A DNA stretch of 64,000 bases from Setoptus koraiensis (GCA_048013815.1 CM106586.1:22444001-22508000); one strand, 5' to 3'. Positions 44,400 to 58,600 are shown, counted from the stretch's first letter. Made by a program: numbers and translations. The notes: generated by a model not told the origin, from the letters alone.

Positions 44400-47363
44400 G
44401 ATTGTCAATGGTTGCTGTTTGTGATTGTGATTGTGATTGTGATGTAACTAACTCAAAAATGTGTGTGTTCTAACAATGTAAAACGAAATATTATATTACT
44501 ATTGTGTGTTGTTATTATTGCAACAGTGCTGTGATTAATTTGACAGTTAAATCAATGCCAATTTCACTGGTAAACTTGATCATTATAGCGGCGATATTGT
44601 GATTGTCTCATTGGGTTTCAATGGGTTTCATTGGGTTTCTTCGGGTTTCATTGGGTTTCGTTGGGTTCGATTTGGGTTGTTGTGTTGGTGTGTTGTGTTG
44701 GCTTGTCCCGTGACTCATGCCAAGTTGAAGACACAGATTTATTGTGTGTGTGTGTGTGCGTGTCCAACAGACACTTGTGTGTGACTCTTGTGACAGAAGA
44801 CTCTGTTTGACACTTATTGAACAGTATTATATAACGCAATCACATGATAAGCCATTTTTATTAAGATTGTAAAAGTTGTCAGAGCATTGTTATCGGTATG
44901 ATGTACACATGTAATGCGGTAATGCGGTGTAATGTTGGTTTCGCTTGCAAATGCGGCCAACAAACAAAGCGCTAATAATTGAAACAACAAGTGCGCTAAT
45001 TACCAACAATGATCGACTATAATCTATATATTTGACAATTAAACGGGATATACTGAACTCAAATTGAACTGTTGCTGTATTATGTCTGTATTGCGTTTGC
45101 ACGCAGGCGACACTAGCGACTTTGTGCCTTTGTCAGCTCACAAGTTGCGAGTCACAACATCACCAGCGATCAAGATGTGACAGCAGTGATAATGACAATT
45201 GAACAACAACAATTGACAAGTGAGCGCAAGTAGCAAGCAAACTATTAGTGAGCAAAGGATAAATACAATAATAAATATGAAAATAAATCAACTGACTCAA
45301 ATGATACCATCGATTTCAGTTGGCTGGCCCAACAATCTGGCACAATTGACAGCTGTCATAAAACACCGGCCAGCTCACAATGATACAGTCACATAGTATA
45401 TGCACTTGGCTTTTTGGTTGCCTTCAAAAATCACATTGCACACAATGTTAATCGCAAGCTCGCGCGCTGTTAATCTGCCAAAAACGCTAACTATGTCCAT
45501 GCTAAATCATTGCATTTCATTGCAATCATTTGACAGCGGCCATAAATATAAATTAAAAATTTCGTCGACACGGTCGATACACGGCTGACATTGGCCACAA
45601 ATCAAATCGTATCAAATCCAAAATGGTGCCAGTGCGACTGTTTGTTTTGCATGATTTAAGTATGATAATTGCCATTGTTATCGCGATGATGATTGTGTGT
45701 CAAATGGCGCGATGACATGAGCCATGAGCTAAAATCAAATCAGTCATACTGCCAATGTGATACTGGCGCCCATTGTCATGAGGAGCACTGATTGTGAAAT
45801 CTGTGCTGTGGTTGTGGGCGCAGCTCGCAATTATTGCCTTGGTGCTGTTTGTCTCGATCACAGCGAAAGCTTGCCATCATCAACACAAACAAACAACAAC
45901 ACTCTAAATAAACAAATCGGCACACCATTGAACTTGTCAGTGACACAATTGCAGCAGCAACAGCGACCACGACAACAGCAACAGCGACCACGACAACAGC
46001 GACAACAACAACCACGACAACAGCGACAACGACAACAACAACAACAACAACGACAACAGGTACCGGAACTGGCGGCAAGTTGCGTTCGGCAGCAACAACG
46101 CCGATTGCATATGACAAGCCAGCCAACTAAAACAATCTATCAGTGTATGAGTGTGTGCATTTAATTGGAGCAATAGATGCAGCAGTGATCGCATTTGTCA
46201 CATCGCATCGCTACACTCACAGATATAACACAATCACAAACGATCTGTCATTCACATATTTATTCTCGCCGGTGTCCTTAAAATAATAATAATTATTATT
46301 GCTCACGTCACACTTGCCAAACAATGTTATTGGTTTATTTAAACAAACATCATCATTTTTTCAGCTCGCAAGTCACCACAGCGAGCAAGAATAAATTTAT
46401 TTTGTATCAAAAAAGTAGTCCTCCACATGGCTGGCAATGGCTGTTTCCATTGGCGCACATTTGCACCGACAACACCGCTGCCATCGTTGTCGCCAACTGA
46501 TGCGCCTGGCTGGCATTTATCACGGAAACCTACATTTTTCTCTCTCACTATTCAGGTTACCTGACAACGTTGCACGCCTTGCGAAGCGCACGCCTGAGCC
46601 GGCTCGGCGCAATCCCTCTGACGCAACCGAACGATGAATTGCACCTGGAAATTGCCCGAGATGGCCCGAAGTGGCCCGAAATTGCCCAAGACGTGTCATA
46701 CAAAGTATGTATGTACAGAGTATCGCCGCTGAAGCCCGATCTGTTTCAATCGGGGGCGCACCGAAAATCTTCAGTGTGTTCCGGAACAAACTAACGAAAA
46801 TAATCGAAATCAGATTGTCGACCGGCCAACTGCTCATTTGCGATTCGAAAGTGGCTCGATCGCAGCAGAGAGCAAAGTGCAGAGTTTTGTGGTCGACGAA
46901 CGATCGCGAACAAACACTCAGTCAGACAACCCGTCAAGAAATACACGTTCCGACGACGCATCAGCGCCAAGCCAAGGGGCGAGCATTACACTGCTCACAA
47001 AATGTAAATTGTATCTGCGAGTCAGAGATTAAAGTAATCGATTCGTGGTGTTAATTATTTAGACAGGCAAACAATAGTTGATTGTTCATCTAAATACAAC
47101 TTGTTCTAGCGCTGTGTGGCAAATAAGCAAATAGTCTTCAAGTGTCTCTATGATGTAACAAAATCATTTGAGCTTGTTGACAAGTGCAATGCAATCAGTC
47201 GATTGTGTAAATATAATAAGTCTTATGTAATGTATATCTGTGTACATGTGTATATTTGTTGTAACGATCAATAATAAAATCTTGGCGATATTATAATAAT
47301 ATTATCTTGTTTGTTTGTTTGTTTGCGTAGAGTATTAAGCGTGCCAACAATTTTAAACGGCCA

Positions 47364-50300
47364 TCAACTCTTGTTTGAGCTCTTGCTGCCGTTCGAGTTA
47401 CTATTGCTATTGACTAGATTTAGGTGCTTGGAAAGAGTTGCCGGCTTCACCGGCGGGGCCGGCTTTGGTTTACATTTGGCCCCGTTCGTATTGTTGTTGC
47501 TGTCTTGATTTAGGCTGGCCAGATTGCCGGCAGGTAGACTAGTTGTTGTTGTTGTTGTTGCTGTTGTTGTTGGTTTTGCATTTTCACTGTCCGATTTTTG
47601 TTTGTCGGCGTCCGTTGTTGCAGTGTTGTTGTTTGTTGTCACGGGTTTTATTATCTCTTTGGGCGTCTTGGCGTCTTGCTGGTTGCTGGCCAATTGCTGC
47701 TGATTAATGTTGGCCGCTACTATTGTGCTCACTTTTCGTATCGCTGCCACCGGTTTAGCTCGATTTACACCGCCTGTTGCTATTGTTTCGTGATTGCAAT
47801 TGGTGGCGATTGGTTTGATATCTTCTGAATTTGAGAATTTGTTCGCGCTGTCCTGTAGTTTGGCCGCCTGAATTGAGGGTCGCACAGGAACTAATGGGGC
47901 TCTGTTGGCACTTGACAGGCCGGTTGTCTGTTGTGTATCCTTGGCCTGGTTTGTGGCGCTTGGTTGCTGTTGAAGTTTTGCGATCATAGACTTGACAGTG
48001 ACCTTCGAAACGGAACTGGAAGAACTGCTCGAACTCATAGTATTTTCTTGTTGCTGCTGCTGTTGCTTTTCAACAGCGACAGGTGGTTCGCTGGTGAACG
48101 TTTTCACTACAACGTGCTCTATTGAACTATTGTCGCAACCAAATTTAAAAAAGTTTCTTGGAATGCGATCGAGACCGGTGGTTGAATGACGCCGATTGTA
48201 GCGATCGGTGCAAGCACGACGAGCGCCACTTGGAGAACGTTGTTCCAATTGTAGCGACTGAGGGGCCGCTATATCATTGTTTTGTTTGGCTGTAGCCTCG
48301 TCATCATCATCTTCATTGATATTCTTTGTTGTTGTTGTCGTCGTTGTTGTTTTGCTAAGCTTGTTTGGCACACTATAAATGGGCTGTTGACTAGAATTAT
48401 CCGTGTTGTTCGCATTGTCATCATTGTTGGTCTCGTTTTGAGCGTGGGCGTTTGTCAATTGTTGATTGAAACGACTGATGATAGAGTTGACTTGATCTCT
48501 ACAGTCCAATTTAACGCCATCATCACGCTTTTTGGCTAGTTGTGACTTTTCCAATTTAGCCATATGTGGTCCATCTATCACCAATGAGTAACTTTCGTCG
48601 CCGATGGCAATTGTTGAGTTGCGTCGCCGGGCTATAGCAGAAGAATAAGTGGGCCTAATAGCGCTGCTGCTGCTGTCCTTGGCGGCTGAACAAATCACAT
48701 CGCTGCCGGTTGTAACGGTTGCCGTGGCAATGCTACGACGTTTGGGCAAACTGGACAACATGGCAACATCATCGGGGCCCACAATGTTGTCCGAATCGTT
48801 TAACTCGTCCCTTCCGTTCGGGGCTAATCCGCTCGGGGCTAATCCGTTCGTTCGCTCACAAACGTGCTGACTGTTTTCATGGGCCAAAGCTATTGTAGTT
48901 TCGTCGGCCTCCGACTGCTTATCGCTGCTCTTCGGAGGCTGCTGAGCGGGCCTCTTCCTTCTCAGCGTGAACTTTATGTGACCCGAATCATCAATTGCTG
49001 CGCACAATTCTTCGTCTGTCAACGTCTCGGCATCGCGTGATCTCCTTTTGGCCATTCGCTTCAGTTCCTGATGGACAAATAGAATGGATGATTCAATAGG
49101 TAGAGGGCGTTAGATTGGTGAATAGAAAGGTTGACAGGTTTATCATTGATGGAAGCTCGTTATTATTATACACAAGCACGACCAAAGAAATTGTTGAATT
49201 CTTTTGTGCGCCAAAAGAATTCAAATGAAACAACAAAATTCATGACATAAGCAATTCAATTAGGATAAACTAAATAAACTAAACAATAGCTTACTGAAAC
49301 ATCGATGTAGAAAACGTCGTCTTGTGGCTGGGTCTGATCAATCAAAACGTTGAGAGTGGCTTGTTTTTTTGCCACTTGTGTCCCCTTTTCATCGGCTCTG
49401 TCGTGGTTGTTGACTTGATGGTGTTCGCAGGATCTTGCATCATCTTCGCGCTGCTGCTCAGTTTGTGTGTTGGCCTCGTTCGAGCTGTATAACGCGCCAG
49501 CCTGAAGATGATCGTGATGATCATGTAAAACTGCCAGCCCTGTATAATAATCATTTGCACGGATCACCTGTTCGGGATCAATTCGCGAATTCGCCCCTTC
49601 GGACAGAGAATCTCGCTCATCGTCATCATCGTTGGAGACATCGTGCTGCGGACTGGACGAGCTGGACGTCATGGTGCCCGTTGACAATAAACTCTCGGCA
49701 TGTTTGTGCGTACTGTGCATAGTTTCCTTGTTCGTCTTGAGTGCAATTAAATAATAACGGGAGTGATGAAATGGTAAATAAACGAAATAATAATAAAACA
49801 ATAATGAAATAATAATGAAATAACAGGGTAATGCAAACAAAAAACTCTCAAATAACAACAACAAAATGATCGAAATGACGATGATGATGGCCGAACGGGC
49901 AGCGGCAAAAGCCGCAAATTCCAACTCGGCCAAATGCGAGCCTCACTTACCTGTGCTATTGGATTCAAGGCGAACTCTATGCCCTGGAGCGCGGTGTGGG
50001 GCGAGGGCGGCGAGGCGTCCGGCGTGCCCGTTTGCGACGCGCACGTATCATCAACGATAGTCTGGCCGTACTGGTCCAACATTTTGTGCCCGCGCTCCCT
50101 AGCGGTCACTTTGGTCGACTGAATGGCGTGATGCAATTGGTCAGCGTCGTCTTCGTGATTGGTGCTGGCAGGCGAATTGCTGGTGCAAACTCCCGAATCT
50201 GGCTGAGAATCGTGATTCATGATCAGATTTACATTGTTGAGATGCAGATTGTTGGTGTGCAGCATAATTTGATTTGTCAGTTGTCTGTTGTTGCTCTTGT

Positions 50301-53300
50301 GCTGCTGTTGCTGCTTGTGATGTTGTTGCTCGTAGTGGTCTGCACCATGGTCCGCTGGCTCAACGCTGGCAAGCTCGCCCGATGCCGGATGTTGCGAGGG
50401 CAGCGGCGGCGGAGGAATGCTGGGCGCCTCCGTCAGTGAGGAGCGCAATTTTCTCAGGGTGCGCCGGTCCAAGGTGGCGGCCGCTCCGTGACCAATCTGA
50501 CAATTTTGACTGCCCATTGAACTGGATCGGCTGGCGGTGCAGTTGTCCGCGGCAGCCTGCATCTGTTGCTGTTGGCTGAGATTGTTGTACGACGTAGACT
50601 GTTGCAACAAACCATGAGGCAGATCGTAAATGACCGCCGCCGCCGCCGCCGACGACGACGACGAGCTCGCCATGGCCGGCGCGTCGCTCTGACAGTTGCC
50701 GTTCACATTGATTGTCATTGCCTGTGTCACGCTGGTGTCCATTTGCTGCGACAATGCCTGCGACTTTTGATTAACGGAAAATCTCGGCGGCTTGGCGGGA
50801 ACAACGACGCTTTGGCTGGTTGTAATTTTGTGCCTGTTGACCGCTCTGCCGTTGCCGTGGCCGTCCGGTGGTTGCTTGTTGTGCAACTTGTTTTGTTGGC
50901 CGTTATTGTTTTGTTGCCCGTTATTGTTTTGTTGGCCGTTTTGGTTTTGTTGGCCGTTTTGGTTGGTGTGCTGCTTCAGCATTGCCGCCTGTTTCTGCTC
51001 GTCGCATCGCACGCTGTTGCTGTTGTTGCTGTTGTTGTTGTTGTTGCTGTTGAGATTTGAATCGGCACCGGAAACGAGAGAATCGCCGCACGAGGCGGCC
51101 GAGCCCGACGACTGGTTGCTCCACGTGCTCAGCGACGCTCTAGATTGGCTGCGCTGGCATTGCTGCATCTGGTTGCGATTGTCCACCACCAGACCGTGAT
51201 AGCCGTTGTCTATGGTGTAATTGTGATGATGATGGTGCAGCCGTTGTCGGCCATACCGATGCTCGTGTTCGATGTTTTGGTCGTCGTCGTGGTCGCCGGC
51301 CTCGTCGTCGTCGTCGTCATCGTTGTCGATTCTGTGACTTATGGTAATTCTTTCCTCGCTTCCGTTCAGATCGAGCGACACCGCGGTCATTGGACTGCGA
51401 CTGTCCACGAGGCGGCGTTTGTGTCGGCGATCGTGGCGCCGTCTTCTGTGCGACCTCAACACGGTGCCATCGTTCAAATGCAATTGTTGCTGCTGTAAGC
51501 GATAGTCTCGCCCGTAGTCGATCATTGAATGTCGCCCATTTGAGCTGGCGTTAATCACAACAAGATCACTTGCCGTATGGTCCCGGCCCGGCTGTCCGGT
51601 CAACTCAAACTCGTCGCTGTGATTTGAGCGAGTTGTGATTTGAAACAACTGAGGCTCGGAAATGGTGCTCTCGAGACTGTTGTGGCTGAGCTGTTGGTGT
51701 TGTCGGTGCACGGTGTTGTTGTTTACGGGCTCTAACAGCAAGTTTTGTTGACGGGCATTGTCATTATTATTTTGGCACTGTCGTCTCATTGCGTCATCGT
51801 TGTCGTCGTCGTCAATAATTGGATAATTGTTGTTGTCAATTGGCGTGCACAGCGAATGTAGCGACTGAAACTGATCGTGTTGGTGTTGTTGTTTGTGCGA
51901 CGCGAGCTGTTGGTTGTGATGATGATGATGATGAGCTGACGCAAGCTGGTTTGTTGGCGTGTTTGTTGTCGGCGCAAACACTCTCGGCGGATAAAACTGA
52001 TGGTCGTAGACGTGAAAATGCCGATTAATTTGCTGTATGACGCTGGGCTTCTTGTTCCTCGAGGAGGGTCGCTGGCGTTGCTGCTGCTGCTGCTGTTGCT
52101 GCTGCAACAGGTAGTGATTATGCTGCTGCTGACTGGTAATTTGGCGCTGGCTGTCGTCCGCGGCCGGTGCCGAGTGCTGATCACATTGCGTAACAAAATT
52201 GGCCGTCGCTGTTGCGGCAGCGCCCGTGCAGTCGGTGTAAGATCTCACAAGTGGCATAGTTGGCTTATGCGCCGATTTGTCGCATGCGTCGTCTCTAGAC
52301 AATTTATCTCTCGACAAGTTATCTCTCGACAAATTATCCCTGGATAAACGCTGTTGCTGGTGCTGCTGTTGCTGCTGGTCCGCGGATAATTGCTGCACAT
52401 AGGCGTTGTCGTAATGTCGCTGCTGCTGCTGCCAATCGGCGTGCTGCTGCCAATTGGCCGGCTGCTGCTGGCCGTAGTCGCGACTCTTGCTCCGTTGCGC
52501 CTTGTAGTCCAATCGCTGAATGCTCTGACTAATCGATTGGTGGTGATGATTCTGGTAATTATGCTGCAGCATCACGTGACCCGCCGGCTGCTGCACCGGA
52601 AACTTGCAACTGTCGCCTTGGTTGGCCGCCTCATAATTGGGCGCCTGATGATTGGGCGCCTGATAATTGGCGCCATAGAGCACGGCGCTTGTGGCGCTGT
52701 TGTCGTAGCGGTCCTCATCACAGTAGGCGGGTGGCGGCATCAGGGCCGGATCGAGCTGTTTTATATCACTGCACAGGGTGGATAAATAGTGTTGGCTACT
52801 GTTGTTGCCGGTGTGCCTTGGTGCGCCGTTGGTCGCATCGGCCAGCGCATAGTTGAGATTGGTGGCCGAGCGGCTCAGCTTGCCGTTTTGCTGCTGCTGC
52901 TGCTGTTGTTGTTGCGACAAAAACCTGTCGTTGTTCACTGACCTGATCTTGTCGTTGTTGTTGTTTGAGACCTGTTGTCCATTCAGACGCTGCTGGCCCA
53001 AATTGTGATGCAATGTGTGGTGAGCCCAGCAAGGTTTCAGGCCCCGGCGCGACGATTGCAGCGTCGCCGACGAGCCCACAAATTGGTTGCTGTTGTTGTA
53101 GTGGCCACTTACGGCATGATTGGCTATAGTTGATCTGTTTTTGTCATGCATGAACATGAGCATTCTGTCAGCAGCCTGCTGCTTGTTGTTGTTGTCGCCG
53201 GCGCCGTTACTTGTCGCCGTCAAATTGTCCGACGATTGTTTCGGCTTGCCGTCGCTCGCATGATAAGGCTCCTTCATTTCCGTTTTGCACACTGACTGGA

Positions 53301-54187
53301 CAACCTGTTGCTGCTGCTGCTGCTGATGCTGCCTGTCCTTTGGGACACTCTTTCCATTGTAATCGAGTGCCGCAGTGGCGCTGTTGGCGGCGCTGTTGAA
53401 TTGACAGAAAATTGCTCTCATTTCGGCGGCTAAGCGATTATTTTGCAATTCATTGTCCATCAATTGCAAACTTGTTCTCTTTCTGCCATCAACCAATGTC
53501 ATGTAATCTATGCCCGATTCCAGCAAACATTTGATTATGTCCAATTTGGCGCCCATAATAGCCTCATGCAACGCGCTACCGTGACTTGTTACATGATTTA
53601 TATTGAAATTGTGCCTCAGCAGCACCTCAACCACTTGCTTGTGACCATTTCTGGCGGCATAATGTAACGGTGAGTGATCTATGCTGACGTTAGAGCCGCT
53701 TGCAGCATTCAACAACGACCTTTGGTCCAATTGTAATAGATTTGATCGCGATTCTAACAACACAACAACTGTCTCTAAACGGCCATATAAACATGCCAGA
53801 TCCAGTGGTGACTCTAAACGTTTGTTGCGTATTAACGGATCAGCGCCACAACTCAACAATAACGCGGCCACTTGAGTGTGGCCAAATTGAGCGGCCAGTG
53901 ACAACGGAGTCTGATGATCATTGTTGATTAAATTGATTTCGGCCAATTGGTTGTGGTTGCCTGCGGCGCTTGCGCCAGTCAACAATAGCTTCACTATTTG
54001 TAAATTGCCAGACCAGGCGGCTAAATGGAGCGCCGACGAGCCTTTATAATCGACTAGATTAACATTGGAACCATATTGCAATAGGATGCCTACCACATGA
54101 GTGTGGCCATTCAAGGCAGCGTGATGTAAACAGGTGAATCCGGTCACTGGGTCTCTAATTCCATTTGGCCCGGGAGCGCGCCGCAAA
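47364..54187 (-). CDS. ANKS1: ANKS1/caskin-family ankyrin-repeat protein. Exons 54187-49951, ~49735-49295, 49067-47364; first exon not located
   Basis: About six ankyrin repeats with ANKS1/caskin-like motifs (TCLHHAALNGH, ALHLAAWSG, PLDLACLYGRLE, PLHYAARNGH, GSALHEA). Consensus donors at 49950 and 49294, acceptors at 54188 and 49068. The middle-exon acceptor (AAG) is less certain. Confidence 0.8.
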
Positions 54188-55679
54188 CTGATAGGTATCG
54201 ATAGAGAGGGCAACAGTTGGAATAAGAGAACGTTAGAGATTGGCTAGTTTCACTTTTTGCAAGACATTTTTTTTGCATAACTTTTCTCTCTTTTCGGAAC
54301 ATTTTTCTTTTTTCAAAATATTTTTCTCTTTTCGGAATATTTTCCCCTTTCAGAGCCATTTTTTCGAAGCGGTTTTTTGGGCAGATTTTTTCAGAGATTT
54401 TTTTTTGCAAAAGTTTGTTCGAAAAAATCTCCCCATTCTCCGGCCGAGAACATGAGCGAACATTGGGTCAGGCTGCTGACAGCTTTGTTTCGATTCGAGG
54501 CATGCGAACGGGGAATTTACAATTCAGAAGTAACTTTGCTTTCCTTGCGCTCAATTTAGATATCATCGGTAATCTAATCTGGGCAGCTATTTAATTTTGT
54601 CTATTTTTTGTGATTCGCACCTAGACCGGCCAGACCAACCAGTTCGGTTGACTGGCTGATGCCAAGTTGAGCTGGCTGCCATTTTCATATGCATCCAGCA
54701 GGCTTTTCATAACTCGGGACTCATGAACTGTTTCGAAATTGTCCGGAATTACAGAGCCAATAATAACCTGAAAACGACACACACATACACTCAGTTGTAG
54801 TAGGAAGAATCTGTTTGCAAGCTAACGGCGAAAAGTGGTTTAGTTGGTTTGGATACTACTGCAAGTGAGTGTGTTTGCGCAAATTTCGTGTGGTTGCGTA
54901 AAAAAAGTTCATATAAACTGTTCACTTTCCCTTACATCATCAACTGAAGAGATATCCTGACATTATGAGATTGTCACGGAATCAGCTGTATCAAAATGTT
55001 GCAAATACAGCGGCTATACTGTAAACTGCAACAACTTTAATAATATCGCCTATACGCAATTAATAGCAGTGGTCATAATTTAGCGGCGAGCTCTAATTAC
55101 TAACTTGTTTATGTGCGCTGATTCCTCGACTAGATCCTCGACTAGAGTGAGCGATGGCAGGTCGCACAACAGTTACTGATGATACCGATGTTGCACTGTC
55201 GCATTAATCAAGTCTCTATCACCTGTTCAACAGTGGCCTCGGCGATATGTGCTACTTAATCAGGACGATACTGTGTCCAGTTATGTTGGGCAACAACAAT
55301 GACAAACAGATAGACAAACATCCTTTGGTTGGTTCCTGCCCGACGCGTTAATGATAAAGTTACTATTACACACAGATATAACTGGTTATTTCTTGGCATT
55401 TAGCGACAAATACGTTGTAGACGCTTTCTCTGCATTTCGAATATTTTTATGTTTCGTTCACAATCGGGCTAATTGCCATCAATTTTTCGCATCATTGTCG
55501 ACAGATGAGCAAACAAATAACAAGTAAATTTTGCACAAATACGAATTACGTGTCGCTTTTCGTACAATTTTGCCACAGTGGGCACAATTTTTTTCCTCGA
55601 AAATATTATGAGACACGCAAATTTAAAACATATTAATCATTAATAAACATCATAAAGATGCCCACAACAAAGTGTAACA

Positions 55680-58600
55680 ATGAGTAGCGGTTTGTATCAG
55701 CAGCACCGTCGAGACAATTTTGATAATTTTTCAGTATCAGTTTCGTCTAAAAACAATATTATAATGATGACAAAAAGTAACAACGATAGTAATAAATTGG
55801 TCAAACCATCATCAGTCATAGTAGTGATCTCATTCATCAACTTGCTTTTACTAATTCTATTGGCGCGGCCAACAATAGGAAGAAAATCACCTGCCTTCGG
55901 GGGCTTCGATTCAATAGTTGGCCAAAGGCAACAACAGCAAAGCAACCATTTAGTAGTAACGCGCGACACTCCATTATCAGACTCGAGCAACATAGATAGG
56001 ATATCCTTGTCATCAATAAGTGACTCCGTAAAGTCGTTGATTTACAAGCCGACAAGCGTATCTAAGGCAACATCAAACATGACCAATAATACAAGCGGCA
56101 AGAGCACTTTTAGGCGACCAGGCCAACGAGCAAGACAATTGATGATTCTGCGACACAATAGAGCACTTCGAACGTTGGCCGACAATAGCACAAGACAACA
56201 ACAACAACATCAATTACAACATACAAAACCGGAAGTAGGAAGTGTGAACAAGGTGAAACAATCGTTTTCAATGATAAATCCAATGAAGACCGTGAAAAAT
56301 ATCAAGACTGCCACTTCTTCTGTTAATTATAAAAAAAGAAAACAAAAGAAGATGCTACAGTATCCGATGGGTGAGTTTTTGGATAGTGTAACGACTAGTA
56401 GCTCTATTGGTGTTATTGAAAACGAATATCATGATGTCGACAATAACAATGTTTACAAGAAGAAATTTGCTATTGATCTGCTGACAATGATACACGATCA
56501 ATATAAACAAAGTGGTGAAAATTCTTCGCAAACGCGCCAAACAATATTGACAACAATCGGCAACAACAACGGCAACAATCAACGCCAGTGGGCTGTCACA
56601 CAATTGACCAGCATATTAAATTCCGATGGTGACATAACGCGTCTCGTTGAATGGATTCGCTCTGTTTTTAGTGTGGCAACTGTGGGCGAAATGACCACTC
56701 AATTAGTTGTTAGCAAGTTGGGTCTGGTCAATTGTGCGGCCATTTTGGCGCCAGACAGAGAGTCCGAGGTGATGCCGAGATTTTTGGTATTCAACAAACA
56801 ATTTGTCGATGTTCCGTTTGAGCTGTCGCTGCATGCCACGATGAAGGATATTCAACAGTCGCAATTTGACTCTAACAAAAAGACAATCATACTGTTGCAC
56901 GGCTACTTGGGTGGCTACACAATTATCGATGGCATAACAAACATCAAGAACCGCATAATAGACACACCCGACTCGGCGGCTTACAATGTCATAATTGTCG
57001 ACTGGTTCAAAGGTAACACAACAGCCTCATAGGCTCCTCGAATAATTGACTCGATTGCTTGACTCGAATAATTGACTCGATTACTTGACTCGAATAATTG
57101 ACTCGAACAATAATTGACGCAGATCAGCTGAGTGGATCGTTACGGATCGAGTGGCAGCGAAATGATCGCAACAACTTTGATTGATTAATGATAAACATTC
57201 AAGTTCTCTCATCATCTCCCACACTGTTTAGGCGCCAACCCCGTGCCCCGGTCCAACTATATCAGAGCGGCGGTCAACGCACAAATAGTAGGCGAACTCA
57301 TTGCAAGATTTTTGGTGCTTCTAATACGACTGGGTCAGGCGAAAGCAGGTGAGTTGTTGCGAGCATGTTGTGCTGGCACCATTCATAATTTCTTCTCTCT
57401 GACTCTTTGATCAGAGTTTCAATAATGATAATAATAATAAGCTGTGCGTTAACACCCTGGCTAACTCGATCGACTCGCTTGCCGTTGATTGTTGGCCGGC
57501 TCAAACGTCAAATGTCGAACACACACATCAACAATAACAACAATTTATGCTGGTGGTCTGCGCGAATCAAATTCAACAATGACAACAACAACAACACAAC
57601 AACGACAACAACACAACAACGACAACCACAACCACGGACATGGACACACAAATCAAATAAACAACAATAATCTATTAACAAAAAATGTTATCTTGCAAAG
57701 TGGACATGCACATCCTGGCCCACAGTCTAGGTAAGAGCGCAGCTAACCAGACTGGCCAGACTTTGAATTGTGGCTGGCCAGTTAGGTGAACTGTTTCACG
57801 CTCATCCATCTTGATTAACAGTGTGCTTATATAAGCGCCATTACAACAAAATGATTATGATTACCACCATTATGATGATAACCACTGGCTCTTCCATTGC
57901 GTATAAAACTCTCCGCTCTATCACACATTGTCCCTACCAACATGACCACCAATTAAACCAACACTGACTGGCATGCAGGCTGCCATGTAGCCGGATTTAC
58001 AGGTGAGTGGTGCCGCTGCTGCTGCCGGCCAATGTAATAAAAGAGCATGTGTCATGATTGCTGGATATCTTGGATGGATATCTCATCGGTCAATATCAGC
58101 CAGCTCCTAACTAGAATCGCGCTTTGTGAATCGCCTTTAAAACATATCCGACAGTCTGTTGGAAATTCTCTCTTTTATTTAGTAGAAATCTCTTTTCGTG
58201 GTATCAATTGAGTCTGTGTTTAGGTGCACACTGACAATGCCAAAATAGAAAGTTTTAGCCGAATAGAAGTTTTAGTGCACTGCTAACCGAGCTAATGACC
58301 ATCAAGTATTAACGACTAAAATAATGCGAGGGCGTCCGGCGGCGCTTGTTGCAATAGAAAAATCGACAATAGAGACGCAGCTTGTTTGTTTGTAATTTTC
58401 TGACGTCGTACAACCGACTAAAAGAGCTAGAGAGAGCTAGAGAGAGAGACCAAAAGAAGGGCCGAGAAAATAATAAATAATTTGAATGAATGTGCTCCGT
58501 GTTCGAAGCGGGCACGCTTGTGCTATGCCACACAGAGATTTTCGCCGTGCACCGGCGCTCTAAACCCACGCAACTATCGAGCCCCCGTTTAAGACCACCA

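Noticed and set aside
45757-46164. PolyQ/R ORF
   Set aside because: Trinucleotide repeat with no coding signature or splice context I could support.
54621-54767. Candidate upstream exon of the ANKS1-like gene
   Set aside because: It has plausible splice signals, but the readable frame ends in TAG and does not resemble the expected first ankyrin repeat. It could be a UTR exon; left unassigned.
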